The notes under the pieces were generated by a model. It had not been told where the DNA came from. It searched no databases and worked only from the letters and a program-made list of their open reading frames with translations. A stretch of DNA of 64,000 nucleotides from a virus, in the IMG/VR virus record IMGVR_UViG_3300031227_000018, positions 32,001 through 96,000 of that record; one strand, 5' to 3'. Made by a program: the position numbers and the translations under genes. Below are positions 1 to 9,704 of the stretch, piece by piece. Every line of letters begins with the position of its first letter. Position 1 is the stretch's first letter.

Positions 1-502
1 TGAAATGTATCAACCAGAAGATTTGTTGGATGTTGGAATGGGTTATGGTAATATAGGAAGTATGGCTCAAATTATTATGCCAAGACTTGAACTTAATGGT
101 ATTGAAATTTGGTTGCCGTACCTTAGTCATGAAAATTCTCAGGCAAAAAGATATAAAAGAATATTCTTGGCAGATATCAAAGATATGATTGGTAAACTTT
201 GGCCTGTTGATATTGTAGTTGCGTGGGATGTGATAGAACACCTCGAAAGGGAAGAGGGGATTAATGTTATATATTATTTAAAATCAATCGCAGAAAAAAG
301 TTTGTTAATAAGTCTTCCAATTATCGATTATCCACAAGGCGCAGTTTATGGAAATAATGCTGAGATTCATAAGACTCAATGGAAAGTTGAAGAGATGGAA
401 GAATTAGGTGCGGAAACAGTGTTTAAGGGTAAAGTGATTGGGGTTTTTGAATTTAAAAGAAGTACAACAGAAAGAGAGGGTAACGATCATGATAGAAGAT
501 AA
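1..502 (+). CDS. Class I SAM-dependent methyltransferase, probably 5'-truncated by the window edge
   Basis: LLDVGMGYG motif I and DIVVAWDVIEHL motif; frame is open to the window start. Confidence 0.8.
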   Translation, partial: EMYQPEDLLDVGMGYGNIGSMAQIIMPRLELNGIEIWLPYLSHENSQAKRYKRIFLADIKDMIGKLWPVDIVVAWDVIEHLEREEGINVIYYLKSIAEKSLLISLPIIDYPQGAVYGNNAEIHKTQWKVEEMEELGAETVFKGKVIGVFEFKRSTTEREGNDHDRR

Positions 503-1286
503 GAAAATGAAAAAGAAAGCAAACAATAAGAAGGTGAAAGATACGAATGATAAGGCGGAAGTCGTAAGTCAATTTGGACCGGATTATTATAATGAAGATT
601 ATTACGTAACTCCGGATGGTAAAAAGTTTGAAACTCCTGATGGTGAAACTTTAGGATGGAGTTATCAGAATCCTGATGGTGAGTTTTTGGGTGCTGATGA
701 TATTGTAAAGGCGTGGAAATTGGTGTTTGATCCAAAGAAAATGTTGGACGTAGGGGCTGGGCGGGGAACATTTGTGGCATACGCTCATAATTATGACATA
801 GAAGCGGTGGGTTTTGATTTTTCATCGTGGGCTGTAGGCGACAAGGGAAGGTACCCGAACTGTAAGGCTGACTGGTTGGAACAACACGATGCCACGAAAC
901 CTTGGCCATATAAAGACAATCAATTTGATATGGTAACATGCTTGGATTTGTTGGAACATATTTATGAAGAAGATATTCAATTTGTTATTGATGAAATGTG
1001 TCGAGTTTCCAAGAAGTATATTTTCTTGCAGATTGCCAGTTTGCCCCATGATGAAGGTGTTTGTTTTAAGAAGGGTCAGAAGATCCCTGTTCAGTGGCAA
1101 GGTTGTGCTGTTGCTGGTCATGTGATTATTCAGCCTAAGAAATGGTGGATTAAAAAAATGTATCGGAATGGTTGGAAAATGAATAAAAATATATTGGATT
1201 GGTTTTTGAGTGTAATGGATAGTGATGTCATTTCTAATTGGTTACAAAACACTATTGTAGTTATGGAGAAAGAAAATGACAAATAA
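489..1286 (+). CDS. Class I SAM-dependent methyltransferase (Methyltransf_11/23-like)
   Basis: MLDVGAGRG, GFDFS, FDMVTCLDLLEHI; ATG 489 preceded by GAGGG. Confidence 0.85.
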   Translation: MIEDKKMKKKANNKKVKDTNDKAEVVSQFGPDYYNEDYYVTPDGKKFETPDGETLGWSYQNPDGEFLGADDIVKAWKLVFDPKKMLDVGAGRGTFVAYAHNYDIEAVGFDFSSWAVGDKGRYPNCKADWLEQHDATKPWPYKDNQFDMVTCLDLLEHIYEEDIQFVIDEMCRVSKKYIFLQIASLPHDEGVCFKKGQKIPVQWQGCAVAGHVIIQPKKWWIKKMYRNGWKMNKNILDWFLSVMDSDVISNWLQNTIVVMEKENDK

Positions 1287-2265
1287 TTTATTGCCCTATA
1301 AGAGTTCCACACCAATTCATTTTTATAAAAGGGAAGATCATTCTTCAATTGATATTGTTGGCGGTAAGATTTTTGAACAAATGAAAGAACATGGCTATAG
1401 TGTAGAATTGAGATCGGCTAACAATGTTAATAAGCCAGAAATAAATCCAGTGGATGTTGGGATTGTTTATGGGCTCGTTCGAGATTTAAAGAAGTTGTCT
1501 CGATATAAAATAAAAGTGGCGGGGTTAGTTTGTGAAGAAGAATTGACTCCTCATAATATTGAGTTAATTGAAGAAGCTGATTTAGATCAAATATGGGTGC
1601 CGAGTGAGTTTGTGGCGAACTTTTTTGTTCAAGCTGGATTTACAGAAAAGGTTACTGTTGTACCGCATGGAATAGACGATTCCCCTATTATTGAATGTAA
1701 AAATAATGGGGAAAGATTCGTAGGTTTAATGATATACAATTCATACAATAGATTGAATGATCACGTAAAGAGAAAGAATCCGTTTAAGGCGGTCGAAGCT
1801 GTTAACTCTTTAAATGGATCGTTAGACCTTTTGTTGAGATTAAAAACAAAGCATCAAGGGTATTACAATAAATATGATTTAAAAAGGGTCGAATTTATTG
1901 ATCAATATTTTGAAAATGTGGATGAATTATATAGAGAGTGCAATTTTGTACTTTATCCGTCAGATTCGGAAGGTTTTGGGCTAATTGGCTTGGAGTGTTT
2001 GATGAGAGGAATTCCATTGATTTCCACTAAAACTGGTAACGATTATCTGGATAAAGATATCGAGTATGTCCACATTGAATTACCAGTGACCGTAGAAAAG
2101 ATTAAAGCAGCTATTTTGAAAATGGTGAGTAATTATCAATACTATAGAAAGCAATCCATTCAACAAAGGGATTTACTTTATTCTAGGTTTTCTTGGCCTG
2201 AGATTGGTAAAAAAGTTGATATCACTATGAGTAAAATTATACGTAAAATTTATGGGGTAAAGTAA
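1276..2265 (+). CDS. GT-B (family 4-like) glycosyltransferase
   Basis: WVPSEF, VVPHGID, RKNP, YPSDSEGFGLIGLECLMRGIPLI (EX7E motif). Confidence 0.88.
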   Translation: MTNNLLPYKSSTPIHFYKREDHSSIDIVGGKIFEQMKEHGYSVELRSANNVNKPEINPVDVGIVYGLVRDLKKLSRYKIKVAGLVCEEELTPHNIELIEEADLDQIWVPSEFVANFFVQAGFTEKVTVVPHGIDDSPIIECKNNGERFVGLMIYNSYNRLNDHVKRKNPFKAVEAVNSLNGSLDLLLRLKTKHQGYYNKYDLKRVEFIDQYFENVDELYRECNFVLYPSDSEGFGLIGLECLMRGIPLISTKTGNDYLDKDIEYVHIELPVTVEKIKAAILKMVSNYQYYRKQSIQQRDLLYSRFSWPEIGKKVDITMSKIIRKIYGVK

Positions 2266-2271
2266 AAATCT

Positions 2272-2291
2272 CAAATAAGAAAAGGTATACT
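2272..2291 (+). promoter_or_regulatory. Candidate late promoter motif, copy 1
   Basis: CAAATAAGAAAAGGTATACT; near-identical to 2582-2601. Confidence 0.4.
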
Positions 2292-2301
2292 TCTTTCCAT
2301 T

Positions 2302-2556
2302 ATGAACGGTGACTTTAAGGGAACAGCGGAAGAATGGCGTGGTTATGCTGGTCGCGCGTTAGAAGATATCGGTAAAGATATAACTGAAGTAAAAAAAGAA
2401 TTGAAGGAAATTAAGGTAGATATTTCTTCCCATAAAATGAGTATTGTTAGGTTGAAGTTGAAGAGTGGGATTTGGGGGGTGATTGGAGGGGTTCTTACGA
2501 TTTCGGTATCCTTTCTTATATCCCTTTTAATTGGCAAAAAATTCTTGTTATTTTAA
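2302..2556 (+). CDS. Small coiled-coil plus C-terminal TM protein (XhlA/holin-like)
   Basis: Heptad region followed by a hydrophobic C-terminal helix. Confidence 0.55.
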   Translation: MNGDFKGTAEEWRGYAGRALEDIGKDITEVKKELKEIKVDISSHKMSIVRLKLKSGIWGVIGGVLTISVSFLISLLIGKKFLLF

Positions 2557-2581
2557 AAATAATCATAAAAAATAAAAATAA

Positions 2582-2601
2582 CAAATAAAAGAGGGTATAA
2601 T
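2582..2601 (+). promoter_or_regulatory. Candidate late promoter motif, copy 2, upstream of scaffold/capsid genes
   Basis: CAAATAAAAGAGGGTATAAT containing TATAAT. Confidence 0.5.
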
Positions 2602-2654
2602 GTGGTCGAATTTAGGAGCTTTTTATTCTAAAGAAAAGGAAAGGAGATTTAAAA

Positions 2655-3404
2655 ATGGCTAAAACGAACGAAGATAAACTTCTTAAAGCTATCGGAAATT
2701 TTTTGGATGGTGCTTTAGAGAAAACTGAAAATGAAGAAGATAATCTCGAAGAAGGTGAGGAGATTGTTAAAAAGGCTATGGACGATAAGCCTGGAAAAGA
2801 AAAGAAAGATGATAAGAAAGATAAGAAAGATGATGATGATGATGATGATGATTTAGGTAAGAAATGTAAGAAAGGTGAAGTTGAGGGTGGAGAAGATAAG
2901 ATTAAGCCCGGAAAACCTGCGGTAGATAAAATTGGTAAGAAATCTTTTTCTGGTTCCGATGAAGAATATAACGAATATTTGGAGTTAAAAAAAGCGAAAG
3001 ATGAGGAAGAAATGAAAAAAGCAAACGAAGAAAAAGAAAATTTTCAGAAAAGTATCACAGATTTAAAAGATGTGGTTGTTGATTTGAAGTCTAAAGTTGA
3101 GCTTATGTCAAAACAACCGAACGCTAAAAAATCTGTTGATGGTGTTGATTACATCAAAAAATCTGAGAATAATGATGAGGGAAAAGATGTAGATGAGTCC
3201 ACGCCTACAAGTGGTATGCCAAAACATATTATGAAGGCAAGAGTTGCCAATGTTATGTTTGAAAAAGGTGTTAAGGAGAAGAAATTGACGGCTGCTGATG
3301 TAGCTGAATATGAACACTCTGGAACACTTTTAGATCCTGCTAAACGTGGTCTTGTTAAATCGTTGGTGAGTGAAGAAATTAAAAAGGGTGGATTTCAAGG
3401 ATAA
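2655..3404 (+). CDS. Capsid scaffolding protein
   Basis: Highly charged, coiled-coil, many hydrophobic-x-K-(S/A) sites, directly upstream of the major capsid gene. Confidence 0.65.
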   Translation: MAKTNEDKLLKAIGNFLDGALEKTENEEDNLEEGEEIVKKAMDDKPGKEKKDDKKDKKDDDDDDDDLGKKCKKGEVEGGEDKIKPGKPAVDKIGKKSFSGSDEEYNEYLELKKAKDEEEMKKANEEKENFQKSITDLKDVVVDLKSKVELMSKQPNAKKSVDGVDYIKKSENNDEGKDVDESTPTSGMPKHIMKARVANVMFEKGVKEKKLTAADVAEYEHSGTLLDPAKRGLVKSLVSEEIKKGGFQG

Positions 3405-3439
3405 TTGAATGTAATCGTTAAAGGATAGGAGGAAAAAAA

Positions 3440-4909
3440 ATGAATCCGGATTTAATTTTTGGTCAAGATGCTTTTGTAGCTGATACAGATATGTTGGAAA
3501 CTTTAACCAAAACCTTAACGGCAGGTTATGGTTATGAAGGTGCTCCTGGAGCACTGGCTGGTGGTGGAGCTTTGCAGGTTGAATCTCTTGATTCAACTAT
3601 GAGATCGGTTACCTGGGATTATCGTCATCTCAGAGCATGGCCAATCTTCCCGAAAGACAAGGCGTTCAATACGGTTGAACAGTATAACCGTGAAACCAGT
3701 TATGGTAGCCAGCAAAATGGTGGATTTTTTGATGCGGATCTTGGTGTCGCGCCACAGGCTCATGATGCTAACTTCCATCGTGAAATCCAGAAGGTGAGAT
3801 ATATCGGTACTACGCGTCAGGTTGCTCACCCGTTGACATTGGTCAGAACAGCTAATGGCCCTGCCATTGCTCTTCAGATTCAAGCTGGAACGATGTGGAT
3901 TTTAGAGCAGTGGGAACGTCAGATTTGGGAATCCAACGGCTATTTTCAAAATACAGCTAATGGGTATTTCACTGGTGATCCTGCACATATTCCTGCTGCA
4001 ACTGTAAAGTTTAATGGTATGGATCAGCAGATCCGATACGGCCAGGCAGATGCTTCGGCTCAGTATACGGGTTGGGATGGTTATAATCCAGAAACAACGG
4101 TTGTAACTAATATGGATGGTGCGGTTCCTGATGAGGATGATCTTACGGAATGGGCTTATTTGCAGTCACTTAATTTTGGTACACCTACCCATGCTTTTTT
4201 ACCACTAAAAGCTGTGGCAGATGTTTCTAGAACGATGTTGCCAAAAGAACGTGTAATTCCGGCAGGCACCGAAGGACGCGGTGGATTCTTGATGACTGAA
4301 TTTATCGCTGCAACAGGTGTTTTTAAGATGGTTGGTTCGAGATTCTTAGAACCTAAGCGTGCTCCGATGGTTACAGCTCAAACAGGTGCCCCAGTTCTTC
4401 CGGTCATAGGTGCAACTGCAGCAGAAGCTACGGGTGCTGGTGAAACTTCTGAATTGGCAGCTGGTAATCATTACTACAGGGTTTCAGCTATCAATCAATT
4501 TGGCGAATCACTCGCTGCTGCTCAGGCTGGCCCAATTGTTATCGTGGCAGGTCAGAGGGCTAGAATCGCCATTAATGGTGGTACGGTTGGAGCTCTTTAT
4601 TATGCGATTTATGAATCGCAGACTAACGGTTCTGGCTGGGAATTTGTAGGATATGTTCGAGATACGAATGCTGCAGGTGGAGCAGGTGCAATCTTCCGTG
4701 ACGCTGGTAAACTTCAAAGAGGTTTGGGTCATGGATATCTGCTTCAACTTGATGCGCTTAATGCGATTTGGAGACAGCTTGCTCCATTGATGAAGATGGA
4801 TCTTGCTATCACAGGTCCGGCCTTTAGGTGGATGCAACTTCTATACGGTACACCGATAGTTTTTGCTCCGCTTCATAATTGTATTATGGATAATATCGGT
4901 AGAGCGTAA
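3440..4909 (+). CDS. Major capsid protein (SPO1/Twort-type)
   Basis: TKTLTAGYG...GGALQVESLD N-terminus, inserted YYRVSAINQFGES domain and LAPLMKMDLA...LYGTP C-terminus typical of Herelleviridae capsid proteins. Confidence 0.92.
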   Translation: MNPDLIFGQDAFVADTDMLETLTKTLTAGYGYEGAPGALAGGGALQVESLDSTMRSVTWDYRHLRAWPIFPKDKAFNTVEQYNRETSYGSQQNGGFFDADLGVAPQAHDANFHREIQKVRYIGTTRQVAHPLTLVRTANGPAIALQIQAGTMWILEQWERQIWESNGYFQNTANGYFTGDPAHIPAATVKFNGMDQQIRYGQADASAQYTGWDGYNPETTVVTNMDGAVPDEDDLTEWAYLQSLNFGTPTHAFLPLKAVADVSRTMLPKERVIPAGTEGRGGFLMTEFIAATGVFKMVGSRFLEPKRAPMVTAQTGAPVLPVIGATAAEATGAGETSELAAGNHYYRVSAINQFGESLAAAQAGPIVIVAGQRARIAINGGTVGALYYAIYESQTNGSGWEFVGYVRDTNAAGGAGAIFRDAGKLQRGLGHGYLLQLDALNAIWRQLAPLMKMDLAITGPAFRWMQLLYGTPIVFAPLHNCIMDNIGRA

Positions 4910-4970
4910 CTTAAAATATAGAAGAGATGGTGGTGGTTTCCTTGTGTGCAGTATGCTTCTTAGTCGTAAG

Positions 4971-5002
4971 AAAGGGTGGGATTAAAGTCCTACCCTTTTT
5001 TA
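4971..5002 (+). terminator. Rho-independent terminator after the capsid gene
   Basis: AAAGGGTGGGA-TTAAAG-TCCTACCCTTT followed by T-run. Confidence 0.85.
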
Positions 5003-5075
5003 TTGGTGAATAAGTAAAAAATAAAGTAAAAAAGAAGTAAAATGAGTTGAGAATAAAAATTAAAAGGATAAAAAT

Positions 5076-5360
5076 ATGGGTGAAAATAAAAAAATTTATG
5101 AGACTGATGTTCTTGAACTTTGTCCATTTTTACAGATGAACGGTTTAAGGTATTTGAGGGTTAGGAAAGATAAGAACCATAGTAAAATCGATAATTGTGT
5201 TTTTGTCTTTGAAGATGAAAAACAACAAGGTTCTGATTTATCTATGGCTTTTTTAAAAAGTAGAGAAAAAGAATATAAGGTGCATTGGGGATTTTTTAGA
5301 AATGAATTGGCAAAAGCTCAAGGTAAGAGCTACGCTAATTATGAAATATTGGAAAAGTGA
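5076..5360 (+). CDS. Hypothetical protein (DUF5659-like)
   Basis: YETDVLELCPFLQMNG...CVFVFED pattern; RBS AAGGA. Confidence 0.5.
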   Translation: MGENKKIYETDVLELCPFLQMNGLRYLRVRKDKNHSKIDNCVFVFEDEKQQGSDLSMAFLKSREKEYKVHWGFFRNELAKAQGKSYANYEILEK

Positions 5361-5368
5361 GGAAATAA

Positions 5369-5755
5369 ATGGCGACTGCTTTGACTTTAAGAATATTGGG
5401 TGCTCAGGATCAAGGGATTCTCGATGCTTTTGAGTTTTATGGGGGAGAAAAACGCACCATGACTCTTCAATTGGTTAGAATCGAAGATGATCAAAAATGG
5501 GTAATTCCTGCTGATGTTTCTGATGTTGAAGTGATAGTTTCGGGAACTCCAGATGATATATCTTTAAAAAAATCTGGGGGTTTCGTTGTAATAGATAGCG
5601 TTGATAAAAGTGTAATGACTGTCAATTTGTCAACGACAGCTACTGCAGCAATGATAACGGGGAATATTCAAGCGAAGGTTTCTTCCCCCACCATTGACAC
5701 AATTTATGCTAGACTTGATTTATCATTAAAAAGGTTACGAAAAATATCGGAGTGA
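5369..5755 (+). CDS. Virion structural protein (BppU-N-like beta sandwich)
   Basis: Beta-rich, located in the head-neck module. Confidence 0.45.
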   Translation: MATALTLRILGAQDQGILDAFEFYGGEKRTMTLQLVRIEDDQKWVIPADVSDVEVIVSGTPDDISLKKSGGFVVIDSVDKSVMTVNLSTTATAAMITGNIQAKVSSPTIDTIYARLDLSLKRLRKISE

Positions 5756-5758
5756 TGA

Positions 5759-6574
5759 ATGACTCAAAGTTCAGTTATATTTCCTGAGAATGCTGTATCT
5801 CAACCTGGTTATGATAGGTATGATACGGTATTAACAGTCAATGATTTGAGAAAAAGGTACTTGCATGGAGTTGATTTGAGAGATAGTACGGGCAAAAATT
5901 TGAGCAAACAAGCTGTTGAATTTTATCTCAAGTCCGCCATTTCTCAAATTGAACATGATTATGAAATAACAATCACTCCCACCAAGTACATGTATGAACC
6001 ACATGATTATAAGATGGTGGATTATTGGAATTGGTCTTTAATTAGATTAAAACATAAACCAGTTATCAGTATCGAAGAGTTGCAATTGAGAGTTACTAAT
6101 CCTGATGATAGTAGCGAATCAGATGCTGTAATACCAAACAGTTGGATTAGGCTAACCAATTTGACAGGCCAATTCCAATTAGCCCCTATCACGGGTTCTA
6201 TTGGAACTTTTAATATTGGTAACACCACATTCTTACCTCGCATACTCATTTTTAACGACACTTTTCCGGCGTTTTTTCGTGTAACTTATACTGCGGGTTT
6301 TGAAATAAATAGAATCCCAGCAATCATTAATAACGCTATTGGATTGACTGCTGCTTTACGTATTCTTTCTATCGCGGGCGATCTTGTTCTTGGTGCAGGT
6401 GTAGCGAGTTCTTCAATAGGGTTGGACGGTCTCAGTAAAAGTATTTCAACCACAGCATCGGCTATGTACGGTGCTTATTCTGCTCGTATGGAAGATTATA
6501 GAAAAGAACTTAAAAAAATAGAAGGCATTCTTAAGAAGTATTATGGAAAAACTTTAAAGGCAGCTGTTGTTTAA
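5759..6574 (+). CDS. Head-tail adaptor/connector protein
   Basis: YLHGVDL, VTYTAGF, GAGVASSSIGLDGLSKSISTTASAMYGAYSARM as in Twort-like neck proteins. Confidence 0.8.
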   Translation: MTQSSVIFPENAVSQPGYDRYDTVLTVNDLRKRYLHGVDLRDSTGKNLSKQAVEFYLKSAISQIEHDYEITITPTKYMYEPHDYKMVDYWNWSLIRLKHKPVISIEELQLRVTNPDDSSESDAVIPNSWIRLTNLTGQFQLAPITGSIGTFNIGNTTFLPRILIFNDTFPAFFRVTYTAGFEINRIPAIINNAIGLTAALRILSIAGDLVLGAGVASSSIGLDGLSKSISTTASAMYGAYSARMEDYRKELKKIEGILKKYYGKTLKAAVV

Positions 6575-6591
6575 AATAAAAGGGGTGATAT

Positions 6592-7002
6592 ATGATTAAA
6601 GAATATAAGAAAAAAGAAAAGACGAGGTTGTCGGAACATTTTGTATCTACAGAATTTGATTGTCATTGTAAACGAAAAGGGTGCACTATCACTTATATTG
6701 ATAGCGATTTGATTGACCTTTTAGAGCAATTGAGAGATAAGTGGGGTGGCAACCCTATTTTAATTAAGAGCGGTTTTAGGTGTGTAGATCATAACGCTAA
6801 AGCGGGGGGTAAATCCGGGAGTAGGCATTTGGTAGGTAAGGCGGCTGATTTTGATATGCACAAGTTAAAAGAAATTGTTGGGATAGATGTTTTGATACAA
6901 GATTGTCAGGCTTTTGGAGGGTTGGGGTTATCAATAAGGAAAAGTTTTATTCATGGGGATGTTCGAAAAACTCGTGCAAGATGGAAATATAAAGGAGGTT
7001 GA
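6592..7002 (+). CDS. Peptidase M15A Zn peptidase, putative endolysin
   Basis: LSEHF..EFDC, SGFRC..HN, SRHLVGKAAD, FIHGDVR. Confidence 0.88.
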   Translation: MIKEYKKKEKTRLSEHFVSTEFDCHCKRKGCTITYIDSDLIDLLEQLRDKWGGNPILIKSGFRCVDHNAKAGGKSGSRHLVGKAADFDMHKLKEIVGIDVLIQDCQAFGGLGLSIRKSFIHGDVRKTRARWKYKGG

Positions 7003-7004
7003 TC

Positions 7005-7193
7005 ATGCTAAGTATTTTCAATATTTTTAGAAAAAAGAAACTTAAAGTTGGAGCGAAAGTTGTTTTGTTAGGGAATAAAGATTATGAAGGTGTTATTGCG
7101 GGTGTTAAAGAAGACGGTTGTTTGATTCAGTGGGATAAGTATAAAACAGGTGATATTCATAAATACGCTTTTGATGCGTTTAAACTAATTTAA
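7005..7193 (+). CDS. Small SH3/KOW-like hypothetical protein
   Basis: LKVGAKVV...YEGVI...LIQWD; GGAGG RBS. Confidence 0.55.
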   Translation: MLSIFNIFRKKKLKVGAKVVLLGNKDYEGVIAGVKEDGCLIQWDKYKTGDIHKYAFDAFKLI

Positions 7194-7218
7194 GAAATGA
7201 AGGAAAACGGGGTGAAGA

Positions 7219-8118
7219 ATGGAACAGACAAATAAGGTCTTTGAAGGACTCAAGAGTGATATTATGGGGTTATCTGATTTTATGGGTAAGGAAAAATTGT
7301 ATCAGGATTTTCATGCAATGGTCGCTTTGATAACTCCCGACAAGGAAATACATGCAGATGTGTGGGATCGTGATGAAAGTAGGATAAGAAATAAAATTCA
7401 AAACCCTGAGTATAAAACTTACGGTGAGGAAAAAGGTGGGGTTGAGTTGGCTTTTCGTTTAAAACAAGTATCTCCCCAAGAAATTGGTCTTGCTCCTGTT
7501 GATAAGACTCCAGTTTTTTTTGATTCAGCCATGGCGTTATCCCCTTCTTATCAAGATGAATTTAGTGAAGTAGACGGTTACGAACCTAGTCGTGATATTA
7601 TGGGCGGTGGCATTAAATGTAATTGTGCTGTGTGTGTTGTTTTGAGAAAACCCAAAGAAATTTGGCAGCCCTTTGACTATAAAGTTGCTGAAGAAACGGT
7701 GAATTTCATAAACGAATATATTGAAAACAATAGGATGATTGAAAAGAAAATGAATATCAAAAGAACCCCCGAGGAACTAAAGATATTGACAGATAGAATT
7801 AAAGAACATTATGCGACTAAATCCATTGATTTTATTGATGAGATCAAAAAGTCCGTTGATATTCGCATTAAAAATGATATCAAAGAAAAGGTTAAACTGG
7901 AGAAGACGACTCTTTTAAAGTCAATTAAAGATAAATTGGATTTGTTAAAAAGAACAAAAGAAGGGAAGGAAATCGTTAAAGGTTTGTTTGGTGAAGAATT
8001 TAAAATATTCCAAATGAATTCTGATTCTGAATCTGAAATGGAAGGTTTTTGTAAATCGTTAAGCGGGTCTACTGATATCGTAGATTTTGTCGGTGTCAAT
8101 GGGGCGAAAGGTGAATAA
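7219..8118 (+). CDS. Hypothetical protein, possibly an internal head protein
   Basis: Long ORF; C-terminal K-S sites like the scaffold. Confidence 0.55.
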   Translation: MEQTNKVFEGLKSDIMGLSDFMGKEKLYQDFHAMVALITPDKEIHADVWDRDESRIRNKIQNPEYKTYGEEKGGVELAFRLKQVSPQEIGLAPVDKTPVFFDSAMALSPSYQDEFSEVDGYEPSRDIMGGGIKCNCAVCVVLRKPKEIWQPFDYKVAEETVNFINEYIENNRMIEKKMNIKRTPEELKILTDRIKEHYATKSIDFIDEIKKSVDIRIKNDIKEKVKLEKTTLLKSIKDKLDLLKRTKEGKEIVKGLFGEEFKIFQMNSDSESEMEGFCKSLSGSTDIVDFVGVNGAKGE

Positions 8119-8120
8119 TT

Positions 8121-8951
8121 GTGGTCACAAGAAGGTTGGCAAAGGGGAAGTATACCAAAGGCTCCAATCCTTATAAAGCTAAAACGGGCAGTTGGGCAGT
8201 CTTAGATCCCGAAGAATTTAATGCACAAATTGCTGAACATGGAATTAGGGTTTTGCATGAAAAGATCACCTTATGCCCTAATTATCGTGGTGAAAGCGAC
8301 AGCGGGGTTCATGTTTTAGATTGCCCGCTTTGTCATGGCAGTAATTTCATTCATTTTGATCCGCAAGAAATTTGGGGATTATTTCAACAAAATTCTTTAG
8401 TGCAAAACTTTTTTACACAGGGTTGGTGGGATAGGGGAACAGCTCTTTTAACCACTCCCACCCATTTAGAAGGGGAGTCAAGTCAACCAATTTTTTTGAA
8501 TTATTTTGATAAAATAACACTCCTAGATTTTGAAGAAAGATTTCATGAGTTAATCCATAAGTCTAAAGGGAATCTAGATAAGCTAAAATATCCAGTTGTT
8601 GACGTCAACTTCTTAAGAACCACTTATAAGGAATATCATAAACACAAGGATTTTGATGTAACTGATGATGGCTATATAAAATGGAAATCAGATAATCACC
8701 CTAGCTACGATATGTATCAAGAGGTAGGCGAGTTATTTACGGTATCATATTTACGAAGACCCATCTATCGAGTTTTAGAAATTATGCATGAAGGTAGGTA
8801 TAGTCAATACAATTTTAAAAAAGCCACTCGGGTGGCTTCGCGCTATCCGCAGCAAGTTTTGATTAAGAAGGATTTTTTAATTCAACGAGCGGAAGAAACT
8901 CAAGATAAAGAAATAATTTCGGCTGAGGATTTAACACCATCCGGACCATAA
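8121..8951 (+). CDS. Neck/head-completion protein
   Basis: CP...CPLCHG Zn motif and synteny with Twort-like neck genes. Confidence 0.7.
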   Translation: MVTRRLAKGKYTKGSNPYKAKTGSWAVLDPEEFNAQIAEHGIRVLHEKITLCPNYRGESDSGVHVLDCPLCHGSNFIHFDPQEIWGLFQQNSLVQNFFTQGWWDRGTALLTTPTHLEGESSQPIFLNYFDKITLLDFEERFHELIHKSKGNLDKLKYPVVDVNFLRTTYKEYHKHKDFDVTDDGYIKWKSDNHPSYDMYQEVGELFTVSYLRRPIYRVLEIMHEGRYSQYNFKKATRVASRYPQQVLIKKDFLIQRAEETQDKEIISAEDLTPSGP

Positions 8952-8952
8952 A

Positions 8953-9669
8953 ATGGCAAATTTTGATATAAATTTAAAAGCAAGTGAGTTGGGAAAGAGT
9001 TTGGATGATATTTCCGACCGAGCTAAGAATGAATTGAGCGGAGCATTAGGCGGTTTAGTGGATGCCATTTATGGTCAAGGAATCATTTATGCACAACAAC
9101 GATTAAAGACAACTCGCCTTCAATATTTGGAGAATTTTCATTATCAAAAGGCTGGGGACAATCTTTATGTTATTTATTTGGATGACGAAGCCAATTATTT
9201 AGAAGATGGATTTGCTGGATTTTCTATGATCCCTGGATTAGTGAATGGCCCTAAATCAAAACCCACTAAAGATGGGATGGGGAGATATAACACTGTACCG
9301 ATTCGTCATTCTGTAGGAAGTCAACAAAAGACGAATATGGCACAAATGGAATTACAACAGAATTTAATAGATACAATTAAGAGAAATAAACTGGGAAAAA
9401 CTTTTAAACATCCTTCAGGGCAACCCATGCAGGGAGTTGTAGCTAGGGTTAAGGGAAACGATTTAGCTCAGAACCTTCAAGGGTTGGTGAAAGTTCAAAA
9501 AACGTATGAGAAGGCGACTCAGAGCTATTATATGACTTTTAGGAGGGTGTCCACTAAGACTGATCCAACTAAATGGAGACATCCTGGATGGAAAGGTGCG
9601 CATATTTTTGATGATTTAGAAAATTTTACTGATAGAAAAATAGAAGAAATATTGCAGGCAATTCTGTAA
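8953..9669 (+). CDS. Neck/tail-completion protein (HK97 gp10-like)
   Basis: ANYLEDG, YMTFRRVS...WRHPG. Confidence 0.7.
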   Translation: MANFDINLKASELGKSLDDISDRAKNELSGALGGLVDAIYGQGIIYAQQRLKTTRLQYLENFHYQKAGDNLYVIYLDDEANYLEDGFAGFSMIPGLVNGPKSKPTKDGMGRYNTVPIRHSVGSQQKTNMAQMELQQNLIDTIKRNKLGKTFKHPSGQPMQGVVARVKGNDLAQNLQGLVKVQKTYEKATQSYYMTFRRVSTKTDPTKWRHPGWKGAHIFDDLENFTDRKIEEILQAIL

Positions 9670-9704
9670 TAAAAATTAGAGGCGAGAAGGACTATAATAA
9701 AAAA

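Noticed and set aside
2800-2853. GAT/AAG microsatellite-like repeats
   Set aside because: Simply encode the Lys/Asp-rich scaffold linker
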